A DNA stretch of 64,000 bases from a virus (taxonomy: Duplodnaviria; Caudoviricetes), in IMG/VR virus record IMGVR_UViG_3300032319_001025, positions 32,001 to 96,000 of that record, one strand, 5' to 3'. Positions 1 through 9,823 of this stretch are shown piece by piece. How positions within the stretch are numbered: position 1 is the stretch's first letter; every line of letters begins with the position of its first letter. The position numbers and the translations under genes are program-made. Below the pieces are notes generated by a model. The model had not been told where the DNA came from. It searched no databases and saw nothing but the letters and a program-made list of their open reading frames with translations.

Positions 1-11
1 ATCTATTAGGT

Positions 12-974
12 ATGGCCATTATACCTACAGACATACTCGTTAAAACAGCACTAGAAGCTGGTTTAAATGACCTTAGAAAGAATAATTTCATTTTAGATGA
101 CGTAATAGCTGGACTAGCTACAGATACGCTGTCTAAAACCGAATACGGCTACAAAGAGATTCATGCCTATAAGCAATGGTTTTTAAACAATAAAATACCA
201 GTTTATTTAGATTTTAGGGTAGATTCGCCCGAAATGCCATGTATTACAATAACAAGCTCACCCAGAGCTGAATTAATACCTAGAACTTCATTAGGTGATA
301 CTTTAGGCGGTCCAGAAGACATAAGCACTGAAAAAGTCTCAATAAATCCTATCAAAGTGTATGAAAATTTTACACCGTTTGAATATGATAAAACTACTGG
401 TAAGGTTACTTTTCCAAGTGGCATAACTACAGAATATGCAGTAGTAGGTCAATTTTTAGTTTCATCTAGAACTGGAAAAGCTTATCAAATACTTGAAATT
501 ATTGATAATTCTACTTTTAAAATTAAAGCAAACGTGAACGAAGATTTTACTGATGCTTATGTAGTTCCGCCAGTATCTGTATGGAATTTACAAAGAGAAG
601 TAACATTTGTATCTGAAACTGTTTATATTGGAGTTCATACTCAGTCAGATCCTGTACAAAATCAATGGCTTCACGATACTATTTGGTATATACTTTTAAG
701 ATGTAAAGAAGTTTATTTTGAAGGAAGAGGATTTGAATTAAGTACCATGCAATCAGATGCCATGTATTTAAATCCAAATTTTAAAGAAACTGATCGTATT
801 TTTAGTAGAAACATAACTCTTTCTGGACAGATTGAAATTAATTTTATTAAATATGCAGCACCAAAATTACAAGACGTTCGTGGTGTCATTAGAATTGCAG
901 ATGGTCCTAAAACTCCACCAGGTGTAAATCCTAAAGATTATTCACCTACCTGGAAAATGGAACAAGACGATTAA
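12..974 (+). CDS. Putative virion neck / tail-completion (tail terminator-like) protein
   Basis: 320-aa ORF upstream of the tail module, with a mixed alpha/beta composition like myovirus neck proteins; no diagnostic motif, so the call rests on position. Confidence 0.4.
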   Translation: MAIIPTDILVKTALEAGLNDLRKNNFILDDVIAGLATDTLSKTEYGYKEIHAYKQWFLNNKIPVYLDFRVDSPEMPCITITSSPRAELIPRTSLGDTLGGPEDISTEKVSINPIKVYENFTPFEYDKTTGKVTFPSGITTEYAVVGQFLVSSRTGKAYQILEIIDNSTFKIKANVNEDFTDAYVVPPVSVWNLQREVTFVSETVYIGVHTQSDPVQNQWLHDTIWYILLRCKEVYFEGRGFELSTMQSDAMYLNPNFKETDRIFSRNITLSGQIEINFIKYAAPKLQDVRGVIRIADGPKTPPGVNPKDYSPTWKMEQDD

Positions 975-984
975 TGGTTTTAAA

Positions 985-3582
985 ATGGACCCAAAAGATA
1001 AAAAAACACCAGTAGCTTCAGCCGTTGTTATTAGGCATAGTGAGTTTCCAGAACTTATATTGCACGGCAAAAGAAGAGACATTAATGAATGGAGTATTCC
1101 AGGTGGGCACGTACATAAACATGAATCTTTAAAAGACGCTGCAGTTAGAGAAACTAAAGAAGAAACTGGTTTGCAATTAGATCCAAACGATTTAGAACAT
1201 ATTGGCACAGAGCACTACAATACAAAAGAAGATAAACACTTAACGGTCCATCTGTTCGTATGTAAAAAACCTTACCATCATGAGAGCATGGATTTTACTG
1301 GTGATAAAGATGAAGAATTTAAAGAATTAAAATTTATTAATCCATTAGAGCACGATGACTTATATCAGCCAAATGGAGAAAATATTGTAACCACCTACCT
1401 TAAAGGCGAGCTTAAAAAACCTGAAATTAGTAAATCAGAAGAATTAGATAAAGGCGTAATGAAAAGGCTTTTTCCGTTTAATCCAAAAAAAGACGTTAAA
1501 ACTGAAGATAAATCAGATTTAAGGCTTTGGCAAACTTATGGTAATTATGGATATAGCGGAGAAACAATTGATGATATTGATGATGTAAAATATGTTAGAG
1601 AAGGTTTAAGCGAAATTAATCAAAATGCTAAAATGCGAGCACTTAATAAATTAACAGGGATTGCAAAAACCAAAATAAATCCTGAAACAAAAGAAAGAGA
1701 ATTCTTATTACACAGAGGAGTGAGTTCTTCAGAGTTTAAAGATTCTACCGATGGAAAGCATGCTTATCATCAAAATAAAACATCTTGGATGCCATTTTCT
1801 GATTTAGCTGAAAAATACAGGGATTCACATTATTCAACTAGTGGCAGGATAGATCGTAAAAAATCAAAAAAAGATAGTGGTAAAGTAATATCCGCTTGGA
1901 TTAGCGAAAAAAACATCCACCATATTCCTAAAATGTACGGAGCAATTCACACTCCTACATCCCATGGTTTTAATGAATATCAAGAAGAAAATGAAATAAT
2001 TGTAAATCCTCACAAATCAGCTTTAGCAACTTCAGAAGAAATAAGAGGAAAAAATGATATCTTGCGCAACAAATTAAAAGATAATTATTTAAAAAATATT
2101 TCAAAACAATTTCAAAAACCCCAAAAACTAGCAGCAACTGAAAAATCAGAACTTAAAAATTTAGAAATTTATCAATTTTTTCACAATATTTCCAATAACT
2201 TAATTAAAGTTGAGGTTAAAGATAAAAATAATTTGCAAGTAGCTGAAGCAAGCTTTAAAATAGAACTAGACAGCCTAATTGTGCCAGAAAGCTTACAGAT
2301 TGACCGTAAACATGATCAAGCAGGCTTGCAAAAAGAAATGTACATTTATGCTGACGAGGTTTTAACTTTAAATAAGCAGGAGTTAGAAAAGATGTCTCAG
2401 CCAGCTTTAAGATTTAAAAAACTAACAAAATTGCCAACAAGACCTGAGCAGGACGTTAAATTAATTAACCCTGAGCCACTTAAGGTGCCTTCACGTACAA
2501 AAGAAGAAAAAGATATAGAAGAACTTTCTGGCGGCCCTAGAACAATATCTAGACAATCCCTAGAAAATAAGAAAATAGCTAATAAAATTTTAATGATGCA
2601 CCCAGAGGCAAGTAAATCACCAAAAGAAAAAAGAGAATCGGAAAGAAAGGCTTTGGAAGCGCATATTGGTGGAGGCGAAGACGTTATTTCACCTGAAGGT
2701 ACATTTACAACATCTGGATATACCTCTGGTTTTGGAGATTTACCAGTAAGTCAGCCTTATGAAGTTAAAAAACCGTGGCCTACATCCGAAGGTAATGTAA
2801 CTCAAGAGCACGAAGCAACTCATCATTTATTAAACCATTTAAGATTCAAATATGGCGAAAATACAAAAAATAGAGTTGTCGATCATCTTTTAAACGTACA
2901 TTTGCATCCAAATGAAAGAGAAGCAATAGAAAAACTTATTAGATCTAAACCTTCATATAGAGATTTACCAGAAGGCGAATTTAATGAAGAGGTACTAACC
3001 CATCTTAGAGATTTATTAGTAAGTAAAAGAAAAAGAGAAGATCATAACTCATTAAAAATGCAACAGCCTAAATATTGGCAACCTATTGATTATAAAAGGC
3101 TTAAATCATCATGGAAACAGTTAACAGGTCATGCCAAAAGAATGACGGAAAAAGACCTAAATAAGCTTATGGGCAAAAATGAAGGCCAAATTGATTTTGA
3201 AAAGCTTTTTAAGGCTAAAAAACTTAAAACCAAGCAATTTAAGCGTTTTTATCTGGATAGAAAAAAAGATCATAGCGGCAACACTGGAAGTGGAATAGTT
3301 GCAGTAGGGGTACAGTTTCCTGGCGGTAAATGTATAGTCAATTGGATGACCGATACACCATCATTTAATTTTTATGATTCTTTGGATGATATTAAAGAAG
3401 TTCACGGGCATGATGGAGATACAGAGATTAACTTCATGGATGATTTTAACAAAACTGAAGAAATGAAAAAGTTTGAAGATATTCATGAGAAATTAGCTTC
3501 TCGGTCTAAATATCTTAGAAAAGATCCTTTGCATAAGTTGCCGTTTTTATTTTTAAATAAAAGATTCATGGGAAAAGATTAG
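985..3582 (+). CDS. Multi-domain polyprotein: Nudix hydrolase + ADP-ribosyltransferase-like + degenerate GNAT + HExxH zincin-like + small conserved phage domain
   Basis: Nudix box GGHVHKHESLKDAAVRETKEETGL; ART R-S-E triad LLHRG / TSW / EENEIIV; GNAT-like QIDRKHDQAGLQKEMYIYAD; EHEATHH; C-terminal RFYLDRKKDHSGNTGSGIVAVG...HGHDGDT module. Linkers ISKSEELDKG, KLAATEKSELK, ELEKMS, LMGKNE, LFKAK, FNKTE. Confidence 0.75.
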   Translation: MDPKDKKTPVASAVVIRHSEFPELILHGKRRDINEWSIPGGHVHKHESLKDAAVRETKEETGLQLDPNDLEHIGTEHYNTKEDKHLTVHLFVCKKPYHHESMDFTGDKDEEFKELKFINPLEHDDLYQPNGENIVTTYLKGELKKPEISKSEELDKGVMKRLFPFNPKKDVKTEDKSDLRLWQTYGNYGYSGETIDDIDDVKYVREGLSEINQNAKMRALNKLTGIAKTKINPETKEREFLLHRGVSSSEFKDSTDGKHAYHQNKTSWMPFSDLAEKYRDSHYSTSGRIDRKKSKKDSGKVISAWISEKNIHHIPKMYGAIHTPTSHGFNEYQEENEIIVNPHKSALATSEEIRGKNDILRNKLKDNYLKNISKQFQKPQKLAATEKSELKNLEIYQFFHNISNNLIKVEVKDKNNLQVAEASFKIELDSLIVPESLQIDRKHDQAGLQKEMYIYADEVLTLNKQELEKMSQPALRFKKLTKLPTRPEQDVKLINPEPLKVPSRTKEEKDIEELSGGPRTISRQSLENKKIANKILMMHPEASKSPKEKRESERKALEAHIGGGEDVISPEGTFTTSGYTSGFGDLPVSQPYEVKKPWPTSEGNVTQEHEATHHLLNHLRFKYGENTKNRVVDHLLNVHLHPNEREAIEKLIRSKPSYRDLPEGEFNEEVLTHLRDLLVSKRKREDHNSLKMQQPKYWQPIDYKRLKSSWKQLTGHAKRMTEKDLNKLMGKNEGQIDFEKLFKAKKLKTKQFKRFYLDRKKDHSGNTGSGIVAVGVQFPGGKCIVNWMTDTPSFNFYDSLDDIKEVHGHDGDTEINFMDDFNKTEEMKKFEDIHEKLASRSKYLRKDPLHKLPFLFLNKRFMGKD

Positions 3583-3590
3583 GTTTTTTT

Positions 3591-6500
3591 ATGCCAAAAA
3601 TTTTACATGGAATTTTTAGCAAGCTGGATAAATACTCCAATGACGTACAAACAAAAGCGGAAAAGTATATAAAATCTCCAGAGTTCAATGAAAAAACCTA
3701 TTTAAACCTTCTATCTGGAAAATATAACGATGATATTGCTAGAATTATAGAGGTTTTACCAAGCGTCAAAAAAAGTAAATACAACACAAAAAGCAATAAC
3801 GATAAAATAATTTCAAATGTTTTAAATTTTAAACAGAAGGATGATGCCGATTTTTTTTGGAAAGCTGGATATATTGAATATTTTTTACGGCACTTAAAAC
3901 ATTCTACAGAATCTGTAAATAAAATTATTAACTTCGTTAAGAATAAAAAAAAAATACCAACAGAGGAAAAAACCAATTTACTCCGATCCCTAAACAAAAG
4001 TTCTGAAATTAAAAAAACAAATATTAAAGATATAATAGATACCGTACCTAATGACCCAACTGGTGCATCTGTTATAAATTTATTTATAAATCACCCATCC
4101 GTAGATTCTAAAATTTTTAACGAAGTATTAAAAAAGTTTGATTTTAACAGTAATCGACTTCCAGGTGGAGTTTTAACTTCTAAATTCTTAACTTCTGAAG
4201 CTGCATTAAAAATTTTAAATGATACTGATACTATAGGTGATTCGAATGAATTAGATAAACTTTTGAGCAAATTACCTAAAAGTGCCAGAAACGATTATAT
4301 ACATTCAAAACTTGGGATTACTGGAGGTTCTAAATCTCCATCGCCAGAGGAATATGAAACTGATTGGTTTCATGGCCCAGAAAGAGATGAAATTACCGCC
4401 AGAACAATTTCTGAATCAAAATACTTAACTCCAGAAGCTATTAATCATATTAAAAAACACGGCGGTTTTGGTGAAAAATATGGATTATTTAGTAATGAAC
4501 ATGTAGATCCAAAACATGCAGCAGAAATGGCAGCAAAATGGGCCAATGATGAAGATGGTTACGAAGAATCTGATTTTAAAGAAAGACTTAAAGAAGATAA
4601 TCAAGATAACGTTTGGGATAATTATTCTGATGATGCAAGAGAAAAAGTTCAAGAAGAATACCCAATTTCTAAATACTTAAGAGATATCGGCGACGATGAA
4701 GTTTCCAGAACTCTTTTTGATAAAGATCATGATGAATGGAAAAAAGATTGGATCAAAGAAAACAAAGATTTGACAGGCCCAAATCCTGATTTTAATCCAG
4801 AAGAACCAGAAAGCGAAGATAATCCAAAAAATATTACATTTAATGAAGATGAATATGATATTAAATATCCAGTAGAAGATCATCCGAATTATAGTGATTA
4901 CGATTCGGAAGCAGAGGAAGCTTTTGAAAACGCAAAAAATCATGCGGATCTTGAACCGTTTTACGATGGTTATGATGAATCAATAAACGAAAACGTTAGC
5001 GATGCTGTTTCTGATTTATTTGATGACGAATTAGATAATTGGACTGAGCACGATCATTTTTTACCAGAACACGTTAGAGATAAATTAAAAGATCCGTTAA
5101 AAGGTAAAGAAAATCCTACAGAAAAAGATCTTGAAGAAGCTATTTATCATCCGTTAAAAATAGTTAGGGACCATGCCGCTAAACACGAAAAATTATCACC
5201 TAGACTTATCAATAAAGTTTTAGAAGAAGGTGACAAAAAAGCAAAAATGTCCGTATTAGAGAATCCTAATATCACATCGCAGCAGTTAATGAATGTAATC
5301 AAAAAAGATGATGATAAGGAAACCGTATCAAAAGCACTTCGGAATTTTAAAATAACCCCAGAGCATGTTCAAGAAGCTATCAATAGGCACAATGAAAATA
5401 GCGAAATAATGAATGCAGCTTTTAAATCCCATGCCGCAAATGATGAACACGTAAAAAACTATTTAAATATAGCTAAAAGTTCTAAAACACCTTACTATAA
5501 TGATCTAAGCCCAATTGTTAATTCTAAATTCAATTTGTCCCCAGAAGATGTTAACTTTATTTATAATAAATTTAATGAGCAGGGCAGGTATAATGATCTG
5601 TCTAAGCTGGTTTCGCATCATAATTCAACAAAAGATATTATCGAACAATCATTAAAACATCATGACTATAAAGTAAAAGAATCAGCAAAAAAAATGATGG
5701 ACAGGAAGTTCCCACAATCCGCAGATCCTGTAAATGTAAAAATGGGAACTCATCCTTTAAGGGTATTGAGAGATATAGTGTCTGAACAAGGTGGTACTAC
5801 CACAAAAGGCAAATTAAAAAATTTAGGCATAAATCCAGATAAATTTAATACACTGTTTAAGCCTAATGGCACAATTTCATCAGACGATATACAAAAAGTA
5901 ATTGATTCTGCTCCGAGTAAAAATTATAATACTTCTCATGATAAATGGACTGGAGCGCAAAGGCACTCAGCAGACCCATCTGATGTGTTTCAGCTTAATT
6001 ACACTCAAGAACATTTAAATGAAATGCAAAAAGAAGGTGTTCTAGACACTTTCCAAAAAATACATGAAGTTGCAATGAGATCTGGGCATCCAGTAAAAAA
6101 TAATACTATTGGATGGGTAAGATATACAGGAAGTCCAGAAGAAGGATTTCATATTGACGAAATTCAATCAGATTTAGGTAAGTCTATTATTAATCAAACT
6201 ATCCAACAGGCTAAAAACGCTGTACAAAACAACCAAATGACCACAGAACAAGCTGAAACAGCCGTAGAAAATGCTAAAAATAAATTTCCAGAAGACCATT
6301 TAAAGAAAATAAATAAGATACTCTTTGAAGATAAACATCCAAGTGAGATAATACACGAAGCTTTTAAAGAATATATGAGAGGTAAAGGTTTTGAAAAAAC
6401 CCCAATACATATATGGCAGCCAGAATCTAAAGCCCCAATATCAGGCATGCGTCAATCTACTAAAATATCCGCAAGTGATGCTAAAACTGCTTTAAACTCT

Positions 6501-7292
6501 GCTAAAAAAGATAGAATGGATGATGAAGCGAAAGCTTTAATTTCTTGGGGGCAAAAAAACAAATTAGCCCCAGCATCTTTTAAAGATATTACGCATGAGC
6601 ATTTAGATCAAATTGCTGAAAAATATTCAGATTTTGCAAATGCACACAGAGAGCAGCATAATTCTGATCCAGAATTACCAGTTCAGTTGCCCGTACACAT
6701 GATTGAAGGTTATGGTAAAATTCCTAAAGCTATGGGTTATAAAGAATCTTTTTATGGTAAGCTGCCTACTCAAAGTAATGAGGAATATAAAATTAAACCA
6801 GAAATAAATCAATCTGCAGCCCCGACATACGAAGATGTAATTAGAAAGAACGAAGGACAACCAACTATTTTACATCATTATAGTAGACACCAAGATCTAA
6901 AAGAACTAGACCCTAAAAAAGAGGGTATGGGTGTTAGAGGAGATCATACAAAAAGATTTTTACCATATCAAATAAAAAACTTTCCACATGTAACATTTTA
7001 TTACATAAATGATACTCCAGAGCAAATAGTTAAAGATGCAGCTAAGTCAAAATACACCGTAAAACTAGAGCCACATCAAAAACTATATAACTTGCATACA
7101 GATCCTGAAGGTTTAGGAAGGCAGGCGATTGCAGAAAACCAAGGTGCATGGAATTATGAAAAAATCTTTAATAAAATTAAAAATGCTGGATACCATGGTA
7201 TAACTGCAATAGGCTCTGAACATCCAATTATTGGAAATACCGTAATGCTATTTCATCCTCAAGCGATACATGAGGAGAAAAAATTAGTATGA
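3591..7292 (+). CDS. Large polyvalent protein: helical HEAT/LRV-like repeats, acidic tract, EIQSD domain, C-terminal ART-like module
   Basis: Repeats such as HAAKHEKLSPRLINKVL / SVLENPNITSQQLMNVI / KALRNFKITPEHVQEAI; GWVRY...FHIDEIQSD motif; after the VIRKNE linker a domain with LHHYS...FYY...KIKNAGYHGI that resembles polyvalent-protein ART modules. Confidence 0.55.
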   Translation: MPKILHGIFSKLDKYSNDVQTKAEKYIKSPEFNEKTYLNLLSGKYNDDIARIIEVLPSVKKSKYNTKSNNDKIISNVLNFKQKDDADFFWKAGYIEYFLRHLKHSTESVNKIINFVKNKKKIPTEEKTNLLRSLNKSSEIKKTNIKDIIDTVPNDPTGASVINLFINHPSVDSKIFNEVLKKFDFNSNRLPGGVLTSKFLTSEAALKILNDTDTIGDSNELDKLLSKLPKSARNDYIHSKLGITGGSKSPSPEEYETDWFHGPERDEITARTISESKYLTPEAINHIKKHGGFGEKYGLFSNEHVDPKHAAEMAAKWANDEDGYEESDFKERLKEDNQDNVWDNYSDDAREKVQEEYPISKYLRDIGDDEVSRTLFDKDHDEWKKDWIKENKDLTGPNPDFNPEEPESEDNPKNITFNEDEYDIKYPVEDHPNYSDYDSEAEEAFENAKNHADLEPFYDGYDESINENVSDAVSDLFDDELDNWTEHDHFLPEHVRDKLKDPLKGKENPTEKDLEEAIYHPLKIVRDHAAKHEKLSPRLINKVLEEGDKKAKMSVLENPNITSQQLMNVIKKDDDKETVSKALRNFKITPEHVQEAINRHNENSEIMNAAFKSHAANDEHVKNYLNIAKSSKTPYYNDLSPIVNSKFNLSPEDVNFIYNKFNEQGRYNDLSKLVSHHNSTKDIIEQSLKHHDYKVKESAKKMMDRKFPQSADPVNVKMGTHPLRVLRDIVSEQGGTTTKGKLKNLGINPDKFNTLFKPNGTISSDDIQKVIDSAPSKNYNTSHDKWTGAQRHSADPSDVFQLNYTQEHLNEMQKEGVLDTFQKIHEVAMRSGHPVKNNTIGWVRYTGSPEEGFHIDEIQSDLGKSIINQTIQQAKNAVQNNQMTTEQAETAVENAKNKFPEDHLKKINKILFEDKHPSEIIHEAFKEYMRGKGFEKTPIHIWQPESKAPISGMRQSTKISASDAKTALNSAKKDRMDDEAKALISWGQKNKLAPASFKDITHEHLDQIAEKYSDFANAHREQHNSDPELPVQLPVHMIEGYGKIPKAMGYKESFYGKLPTQSNEEYKIKPEINQSAAPTYEDVIRKNEGQPTILHHYSRHQDLKELDPKKEGMGVRGDHTKRFLPYQIKNFPHVTFYYINDTPEQIVKDAAKSKYTVKLEPHQKLYNLHTDPEGLGRQAIAENQGAWNYEKIFNKIKNAGYHGITAIGSEHPIIGNTVMLFHPQAIHEEKKLV

Positions 7293-8353
7293 AAAATTTG
7301 ATTAAACAGCCGCATTTGATTTTTTCAATGGAAAATCCTAGATATCAGGTAACCCAAAAAGATATAAATCATGGACAAGCTTTAAATATGCTTAAAGATT
7401 TAGGCGAGAATACTATTGATTCTAATGGAAAATATGGATCGGAAGAGCCATCAATTATAGTTTCTAACCCTAAAAACGTTAAAGATATAATCAAGCTTGC
7501 TAGAGATGCTGGACAAGAATCTATTATTTACTCAGATGGAAAAAGACATAAAATGATATATTTAAACGGTCCCCAAGCTGGACAAACGGTTAATGGGGAA
7601 GGTACGGTTTTCTACAATCAGAAACCAAATGATAACTACACACATTTTAAAGATCAAAACGGTAAAGATATTTATTTTACTCATAATTTTGATTTTGGTA
7701 AATCAGAGAAATTGCAAAAAACTTCTAAAATTAATTTGAATCCAGAACATGGGAAAATTATCGCAAATGCATACGAAAAAATGAAACATGATCCAAATGA
7801 TCCTAAAGTTAAAGAGGCGTATGGTGCGCTAATTAATGAAACAAAAAAACAATTTAAAGATATGTTAAATTCTGGGTTTAAATTTTCTAAAATTAAACCC
7901 GAACAGTCCAATCCATATGGCACATCAAAAGATGTACATGAAGATATAGAAAAAAATAAACATTTATGGTTTTTTCCAACAGAACAGGGATTTGGTCAAG
8001 AGGGACAAACTAAAAATCATCCAATGCTAGAATCAACTGAATTTCAATTTGAAGGTAAACCTTTATTAGCTAATGATCTGTTTAGAATAGTTCACGATTA
8101 TCGCGGTCATTATTTAGGAGGTAAAAGCTCGTTCGGACCTAAAGGAGAGCATCAAGCTTATCTTACACATAAAAAAGATTTTAGCCCTTTAGCTCAAAAA
8201 GCTTTGGCTACAGAAACTATGGGTCAAAATAATTGGGTAAATTTTGGACCATATGGAGAAAAAAACAGAAAAAACCCCGAAAACACTACATACGCAGAAC
8301 AAAAATCGGGGCTTCTTCCTGACGAAATAATAAATGGGAGATGGCACGAATGA
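7289..8353 (+). CDS. Two-module protein: N-terminal T3-type SAM lyase-like domain + C-terminal NDLFRxVHDxxGH domain
   Basis: LIFSMEN...NHGQALNML...GKYGSEEPSIIV...LARDAGQESIIY...MIYLNG...NYT matches the motif order of T3 SAMase (GCY..EE..V, Q-D-C-V-L). Linker FGKSEKLQKTS, then FRIVHDYRGH...GEHQAY...ETMGQN, a possible metal-binding domain. Confidence 0.6.
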   Translation: MKNLIKQPHLIFSMENPRYQVTQKDINHGQALNMLKDLGENTIDSNGKYGSEEPSIIVSNPKNVKDIIKLARDAGQESIIYSDGKRHKMIYLNGPQAGQTVNGEGTVFYNQKPNDNYTHFKDQNGKDIYFTHNFDFGKSEKLQKTSKINLNPEHGKIIANAYEKMKHDPNDPKVKEAYGALINETKKQFKDMLNSGFKFSKIKPEQSNPYGTSKDVHEDIEKNKHLWFFPTEQGFGQEGQTKNHPMLESTEFQFEGKPLLANDLFRIVHDYRGHYLGGKSSFGPKGEHQAYLTHKKDFSPLAQKALATETMGQNNWVNFGPYGEKNRKNPENTTYAEQKSGLLPDEIINGRWHE

Positions 8354-9783
8354 ATCATAAACATTACAGAAGGATACTGCTCGACTCTTTTGATGAAAAT
8401 TCTTTGCAAAAAGGTTCAAAAGGCGATTGGCAAAAAGAAGGGTACAAAATACATCATGTTGGAGATCCTAAAAGTAGTTTTGACGTTATTGCAGTTTCCC
8501 CAAAAGGAGAAACCATCGGTAAGGTAAATATTGGAAGATACGAAACAAAAACAAAACCAAATCTAGTGGCTTCTAACCCAATTGTACATAAAGATCACAG
8601 ACGTAAAGGTATCGCATCTGCTATGTATCAATATGCAGAAAAAGTATCTGGTGGAGTAATGAAACCAGATGTAGGATTAACTTTATCGGCAAAACAAATG
8701 TGGGCTAAACCAAATAGACCTTTTGGCGGTAAACGTAAATATTTTCAACATTTAATATCTAAATCAGAATTAAAGAAGGCACCATTTATTCATGAACACA
8801 ATGCTTTTGCAGCAAGTAATATAGGTCCTTATATCGGAGAAGATTCAGAATTAGAATCTGTTACCAATCATAAAGGTTACAAGGTTTATAAATATAAAGA
8901 CGGCGATTATCATTATTTTGCTATACATAAAGATAACGATCCCAAAAAAGAAGTACTTTCATCAGCTACCGTATCTTCTTATTACGATCCTGAAGATCCA
9001 AATTTTGACGAAAATGAAGGGTTGCCTTATATTGAACATGCAGCAACGTTATCAGAACACCAAGGTAAAGGCATGGGAACAGCCATTCATGAGGCTGCAA
9101 CAAAACATTTTGGAACATTATTAAGCAGTACCGCGCTTTCTCCAGGAAGCGACGCAACTTGGAAAAAGATGCGTGCAAATAAAAACATAAAATTAAAAAT
9201 TGGAAGAGGTGAATCAAGTCCCTATATAGCTAAATGGATTAAAAAGCCCAAAATTAACAAAACAGAAGATTTAAATCAACTAGCTAAAGGTTTTGAAGAA
9301 TTATTTGGTTTTTTGGCTAAAGCAAAAAAGAATATTATATATATAGCTACCGATGGAGATAATATCGGTGCTTCAGTTGAAAGGGCCGCTCTATCTAACG
9401 ATATTAAAGAAATTAAAAAACAAGATAAAATTATTAAAAGAGGTAATCAAACCGTAAGAAAGTGGATTAAAAAACGCAAAGGTTCAATTTATATTGACGG
9501 TGGCGATGATATTTCTTTTACTATTCATAAAAAATATTTAGATGAAATCGAAGAACTAAGGAATAAATATCATGAGGCTACTGGATATACAATCACAGTT
9601 GGAATAGGTGATAGTATATCAGAAGCCGCTCATGCCATGGTTTATGGTAAATTAAAAGGCAAAAACCAAGTAAATAGATGGACATCAGAAATAGAATCTA
9701 TTATTTCTCAGCATGATAAAAAACCTGAATCCGCAGAAGAAAAATATCAAAAAGAAGGTCTTTTGGTTCCCAAAAAGATATAA
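8341..9783 (+). CDS. Polyprotein: two GNAT acetyltransferase domains + C-terminal mCpol (minimal CRISPR polymerase / GGDEF-like nucleotide cyclase)
   Basis: GNAT motif A twice (VHKDHRRKGIASAMY; EHQGKGMGTAIH). mCpol pattern YIATDGDNIG...IDGGDD...TITVGIG...EA..A...GKLKGKN. The real start may be the ATG at 8350. Confidence 0.8.
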   Translation: MARMNHKHYRRILLDSFDENSLQKGSKGDWQKEGYKIHHVGDPKSSFDVIAVSPKGETIGKVNIGRYETKTKPNLVASNPIVHKDHRRKGIASAMYQYAEKVSGGVMKPDVGLTLSAKQMWAKPNRPFGGKRKYFQHLISKSELKKAPFIHEHNAFAASNIGPYIGEDSELESVTNHKGYKVYKYKDGDYHYFAIHKDNDPKKEVLSSATVSSYYDPEDPNFDENEGLPYIEHAATLSEHQGKGMGTAIHEAATKHFGTLLSSTALSPGSDATWKKMRANKNIKLKIGRGESSPYIAKWIKKPKINKTEDLNQLAKGFEELFGFLAKAKKNIIYIATDGDNIGASVERAALSNDIKEIKKQDKIIKRGNQTVRKWIKKRKGSIYIDGGDDISFTIHKKYLDEIEELRNKYHEATGYTITVGIGDSISEAAHAMVYGKLKGKNQVNRWTSEIESIISQHDKKPESAEEKYQKEGLLVPKKI

Positions 9784-9823
9784 CTAATTAAATATATTCA
9801 ATTATTTGCGTCTTTTTGTTATG

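Noticed and set aside
9331-9700. GGDD motif as evidence of Cas10 / a type III CRISPR system
   Set aside because: The domain is only about 120 aa, with no HD domain, no other cas genes and no repeat-spacer array in the window; it fits a stand-alone mCpol.
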